DNA from: Planctomycetota bacterium
GTDB lineage: Bacteria; Planctomycetota; UBA1135; UBA2386
Assembly (NCBI GenBank): GCA_965228735.1
Contig: OZ245838.1
Location: 1,984,001 to 2,048,000 of the forward strand
Length of the DNA stretch: 64,000 nt
Direction: 5' to 3'
Shown piece after piece: positions 60,305 to 64,000 of this stretch. The first letter of the stretch is position 1. Each line of letters begins with the position of its first letter. The position numbers were made by a program, and so were the translations under genes. The notes under the pieces are model-generated. The model was not told the DNA's origin. It searched no databases and worked only from the letters and a program-made list of their open reading frames with translations.

Positions 60305-61414
60305 ATGGCAGCTCCATCGCCCGCCCGCCTGTGCTTCGCCGCCGCGCACGTCGCGCTGCACGACAGCTACGAGCACACTGGCCACACGCTCGCGCGCCCC
60401 GGCCTCCCCGCCGAGTTCGCGGAGCACATCGACTGGCCCACGACGATGGGCATCCGGCGGCGGCTCGCCGAGCACGGTTTCGGCATCGCCGAGGCGATGG
60501 ACACCGCGCAGCGGTTCTTCCTCGGCTGGGATCTCGCCGAGGAGCTCATCCGACGCTGCGCCGGCGAACGGCTCGCGACCGGGTTCTGCGCGGGCGCCGG
60601 GGTCGATCACCTCCGCTCCATCGCGGGACCCGACGACCTCGTCGCCGGGGTCGTGTTCCAGGCCGAGCGCATTCACGAACTCGGCGGCATCCCGGTACTC
60701 CTGCCGATGCCGTGGCTCAGCCAGAACGGTTGCGCTGCCGCCGTCTACGTCGACGTCTACCGCCGGATCATCGAGCGCGCACCCGGCCCGCTCTTCCTGC
60801 ACTGGCTCGGACCGATGTTCCTGCCGAGCCTCGCGGGCTACTTCCCCGGCGACTCGTTCCTGCAGATCATGGGCCTCGATCGCAGGAAGGTCCGCGGCTG
60901 CAAGCTGTCGCTGCTCGACGACGCGCTCGAACTGCGGGTGCGGCGCGAACTCCTGCCGCACGACCAGATCGTCCTCACCGGCGACGACTTCCACTTCGGC
61001 CGCCTGATCCTCGGCGGCGATCCGCAGGGTGAGGCGCCGACCGCGCCACCGGCCATCGAACGGTGGACCGAGATCGGTGGCCATCGCGTCGCGCTCGGCG
61101 ACTTCAGCCACGCGCTGCTCGGTGTGCTCGACGGCATCGCGACGCCGGCAGGACGTGCACTGCAGGCGCTGCAGAGCGGCGATGCCAGCACGTATCTCGA
61201 GCTCATGCGGCCATGCGAGGAGCTCTCCCGTCACGTGTTCGCCGAACCGACGCAGCACTACAAGGCGGGCCTCGCCTACCTCGCGCACCAGAACGGCTGG
61301 CAACCCAACGCGATGCTGCTGAATCGCGAGGACCTCGCGCGCGATGCGGCCCACTATCGACGCTGCGCCGAGCTCGCGCGCGCCGCCGGCGTCCTCGACG
61401 GATCGGTGCGGTGA
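60305..61414 (+). CDS. DUF993 family TIM-barrel (DHDPS-like) protein
   Basis: Motifs AAAHV, IDW..T...RR.L, AEAMDTAQR, LHWLGPMF.P.LAGY, GCKLSLLD, TGDDF, SHALLG and YKAG. Confidence 0.88.
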   Translation: MAAPSPARLCFAAAHVALHDSYEHTGHTLARPGLPAEFAEHIDWPTTMGIRRRLAEHGFGIAEAMDTAQRFFLGWDLAEELIRRCAGERLATGFCAGAGVDHLRSIAGPDDLVAGVVFQAERIHELGGIPVLLPMPWLSQNGCAAAVYVDVYRRIIERAPGPLFLHWLGPMFLPSLAGYFPGDSFLQIMGLDRRKVRGCKLSLLDDALELRVRRELLPHDQIVLTGDDFHFGRLILGGDPQGEAPTAPPAIERWTEIGGHRVALGDFSHALLGVLDGIATPAGRALQALQSGDASTYLELMRPCEELSRHVFAEPTQHYKAGLAYLAHQNGWQPNAMLLNREDLARDAAHYRRCAELARAAGVLDGSVR

Positions 61415-62403
61415 TGCCGAGCCGAGTCCTCGTCAGCCGCCACGTCTACCCCGCGACCATCGCGATCCTGCAGGACGCGGGCTGCACCGTCGACTACCAC
61501 GACTCGAGCGACGGTCTGGAGCCCGAGTCGTTCGCCAAGAAACTCGCGCTCGCGGACGGCCTCGTCTGCCAGCTCACCGACCCGATCACGCGCGACCTGA
61601 TCGACGGCGCGCCCAGCCTGAAGGTCATCTCGCAGGTCGCCGTCGGCTACGACAACATCGACGTCGGGGCGGCAACGGAACGCGGCATCGTCGTGACCAA
61701 CACCCCCGGTGTGCTGACCGAGGCGACCGCGGATCTGACGTTCGCGTTGCTGCTCGCGGCGGCGCGCCGCGTTCCCGAGGCCGAGCGCTACCTGCGAGCC
61801 GGCCGCTGGCAACGCTGGGAGATCGACCTCCTGTGCGGTGCCGACGTGCACGGCGCGACCATCGGCATCGTCGGCTTCGGCCGCATCGGCCAGGCCATGG
61901 CCAGGCGGGCCCGCGGGTTCGACATGCGCGTCCTCTACGCGAGCCGATCTCGCGCGGACGCCGCGGTCGAGGACGAGCTGCAGGCCACCCACGTGCCGCT
62001 CGACGCCCTGCTCGCACGCAGCGACTTCGTCTCGCTCCACGTGCCGCTGACGGACGAGACGCGCCATCTCATCAGCGTCCCCGAGCTCAGCCGCATGAAG
62101 CAGAGCGCGATCCTGATCAACACGGCGCGCGGCCCCGTCGTCGACGAACGCGCGCTCGTGGCGACGCTCTCCGAAGGCGTGATCGCGGGAGCTGCGCTCG
62201 ACGTGTTCGAGGACGAGCCCGCTGTCCCGCGCGAGTTGCTCGAGCTGCCGAACGTCGTCGTCCTGCCGCACATCGGCAGCGCCACGGTTTCCGTCCGCAG
62301 CCGGATGTGCGCCATGGCGGCCAAGAACTGCGCGGCCGTGCTGACCGGTGAACGCCCCGAGCATCCGGTCAACCCCGAGGCCTTGGACGAGAGCCCGCGG
62401 TGA
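61414..62403 (+). CDS. D-2-hydroxyacid dehydrogenase (glyoxylate/hydroxypyruvate reductase)
   Basis: Motifs VGYDNID, TNTPGVLTEATAD, GFGRIG, INTARG, LDVFEDEP and PHIGSAT. Confidence 0.93.
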   Translation: MPSRVLVSRHVYPATIAILQDAGCTVDYHDSSDGLEPESFAKKLALADGLVCQLTDPITRDLIDGAPSLKVISQVAVGYDNIDVGAATERGIVVTNTPGVLTEATADLTFALLLAAARRVPEAERYLRAGRWQRWEIDLLCGADVHGATIGIVGFGRIGQAMARRARGFDMRVLYASRSRADAAVEDELQATHVPLDALLARSDFVSLHVPLTDETRHLISVPELSRMKQSAILINTARGPVVDERALVATLSEGVIAGAALDVFEDEPAVPRELLELPNVVVLPHIGSATVSVRSRMCAMAAKNCAAVLTGERPEHPVNPEALDESPR

Positions 62404-63689
62404 GCCTGCGGCGGCGCCTCGTCGACGCGTTCGTCGCGACGCTCGGAGACATCGACGTCGCCCGGGTGATGCGACAGCAGCTCGAGACGTCGCCGCTGCG
62501 CGCCTGCGAATCGTGCATCGTGATCGCGTTCGGCAAGGCGGCGCGACCGATGGCATCCGCCCTCCTCACCAGCGTGCCAAAGGCCACCGCGGTGCGCGGC
62601 CTGCTCGTCCCGCCGGCGCCCGATGAGGCGCCACTCGACCCGTTGACCGTGATTCCGGGTGGCCACCCCTTGCCGACCGACGATTCGGTGCGCGCCGCGC
62701 GGGCGGCGCTGGCGCTCGCCCGGTCGGCCGGCCCGACCGACGACGTCGTCTTCCTCGTGTCCGGCGGCGGGTCCGCGATGCTCGAACTCCCGGCGATCGA
62801 CGGCGTGCCGGTGGCCGCGATGCGCGAGCTGTACTCGCGGCTCGTCGGCTGCGGCGGCGACATCGTCGAGATCAACACCGTCAGGCGCTGGTTCTCCGCG
62901 GTGAAGGGCGGCCGCCTGGCGGCCGCGGCCCGCCGCGCGAGGTTCGTCACCACGCTCGCCGTGTCCGACGTCCCCGAGGACCAGCCGGCAGCACTCGCGT
63001 CGGGCCCGACGATCGCCGACTCCTCGACCGTCGACGACTGCCGCGCCGTGCTCGACCGCTTCGAGCTCTGGAACCACGTCCCGGAAGCGCTGCGCCGCGC
63101 CCTGCGCGACGGCGCGCTGCCCGCGCCGCTGCGCAACGGCGACGAGCCGCTGACTCGCACCGAGCATCGGGAGATCCTCGCCAACCGCCATGCCCGCGAG
63201 GCGCTGACCCGGCACGTCGCGGCACTCGATATCGAGACCACGGAGGACCTCGGCGTCGACGACCAGCCGTTCGATGTCGCGGCGCACCGGCTGCTCGACC
63301 GCGTCGACGAGATGGCGCAGCAGCGGCCTGACCGGCCCGTGGCTTTGCTGACCGGCGGCGAGGTCACCGTGCGGCTGCCCGCGACGCCCGGCGTCGGCGG
63401 TCGCAACCAGCAGTTCGTCCTCGCGTGCGTCGAGCGCATCGCCGGTCGCCCGATCACCGTGCTCAGCGCGGGCACCGACGGCATCGACGGCAACTCCGAT
63501 GCCGCAGGCGCCGTCGCCGACGGGACGACCCTCGAACGCGCACGCGCCGCGGGCATCGATCCGGGCGACCACCTACGGCGTTGCGATGCGCAGCCGCTGT
63601 TCGAAGCGCTCGGCGACACCGTGGTCACGGGTCCGACTGGCCAGAATGTCCGCGACCTGCGGCTGATCGTCCATACGCCGAAAGCGTAG
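62400..63689 (+). CDS. Glycerate 2-kinase (MOFRL/DUF4147 family)
   Basis: Motifs FGKAA, GHPLP, LVSGGGSA, VKGG.L, SDV, SGPT, GGE, GGRNQ, GTDGIDG and TGQNV.D. Confidence 0.92.
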   Translation: MSLRRRLVDAFVATLGDIDVARVMRQQLETSPLRACESCIVIAFGKAARPMASALLTSVPKATAVRGLLVPPAPDEAPLDPLTVIPGGHPLPTDDSVRAARAALALARSAGPTDDVVFLVSGGGSAMLELPAIDGVPVAAMRELYSRLVGCGGDIVEINTVRRWFSAVKGGRLAAAARRARFVTTLAVSDVPEDQPAALASGPTIADSSTVDDCRAVLDRFELWNHVPEALRRALRDGALPAPLRNGDEPLTRTEHREILANRHAREALTRHVAALDIETTEDLGVDDQPFDVAAHRLLDRVDEMAQQRPDRPVALLTGGEVTVRLPATPGVGGRNQQFVLACVERIAGRPITVLSAGTDGIDGNSDAAGAVADGTTLERARAAGIDPGDHLRRCDAQPLFEALGDTVVTGPTGQNVRDLRLIVHTPKA

Positions 63690-63805
63690 GTCGCTCGCGC
63701 CCATGGCACTGGCGGCGCGGGAACGCCTCAGTCTGGGACTACAACCCTGGCGGTCCTCAAGTCGATGTCTCCCACGCAACAGGGAGACGAGCAACGGGGA
63801 CCAAA

Positions 63806-64000
63806 TTGCGCAACTACGCGACAGCAGCGGCATGCGCCGTGGTGTTTTCCGCGTGCAGCGGCAGCGGCGGCAGTTCTGCCGACGGCAGCACGCAGTTCGC
63901 GGGCTACGGCTTGATCGAACTCACGACGCACGTGCCGGCCGACGGCGCGGTGCAGGTCGCGCCCGAGGCGGCAATCACGCTCGGTTTCGACACCGCGGTC
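63806..64000 (+). CDS. Lipoprotein with Ig-like (Big_5-type) domain (partial, runs off the right edge)
   Basis: TTG start after GGGGA: MRNYATAAACAVVFSAC SGSGG...PADGAVQVAPEAAITLGFD. Confidence 0.7.
   Translation, partial: MRNYATAAACAVVFSACSGSGGSSADGSTQFAGYGLIELTTHVPADGAVQVAPEAAITLGFDTAV

Overview
This is high-GC (about 70%) bacterial chromosomal DNA. The ECF-sigma/Ser-Thr-kinase pair and the many Gln-starting secreted proteins suggest an uncultured Planctomycetota lineage (inference). I found no rRNA, tRNA, CRISPR array or intact mobile element. The window holds about 55 CDSs. They include a complete his operon with two unusual fusions (HisC-HAD phosphatase, and HisA-HisI-HisE in frame with hisD), trkH, pgi, a Na+/solute symporter, a glycosylation cluster led by a plant-like RGP/UDP-arabinopyranose mutase (GT75) homolog, murA, an ECF sigma plus kinase module, several transporters, asnS, a radical SAM/beta-propeller fusion, class I fumarase and a DUF993-reductase-glycerate kinase operon. 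Signals beyond the gene list: (1) a complete histidine attenuator with a leaderless His-rich leader peptide; (2) a shared ~110-aa C-terminal domain on three unrelated secreted proteins, a possible lineage-specific sorting signal; (3) an identical bipartite ECF-type promoter upstream of the ECF gene and of its convergent neighbour; (4) widespread leaderless promoters; (5) several structured 5' leaders; (6) three deletion-like junctions. All family assignments come from motif recognition and memory, not from database searches.
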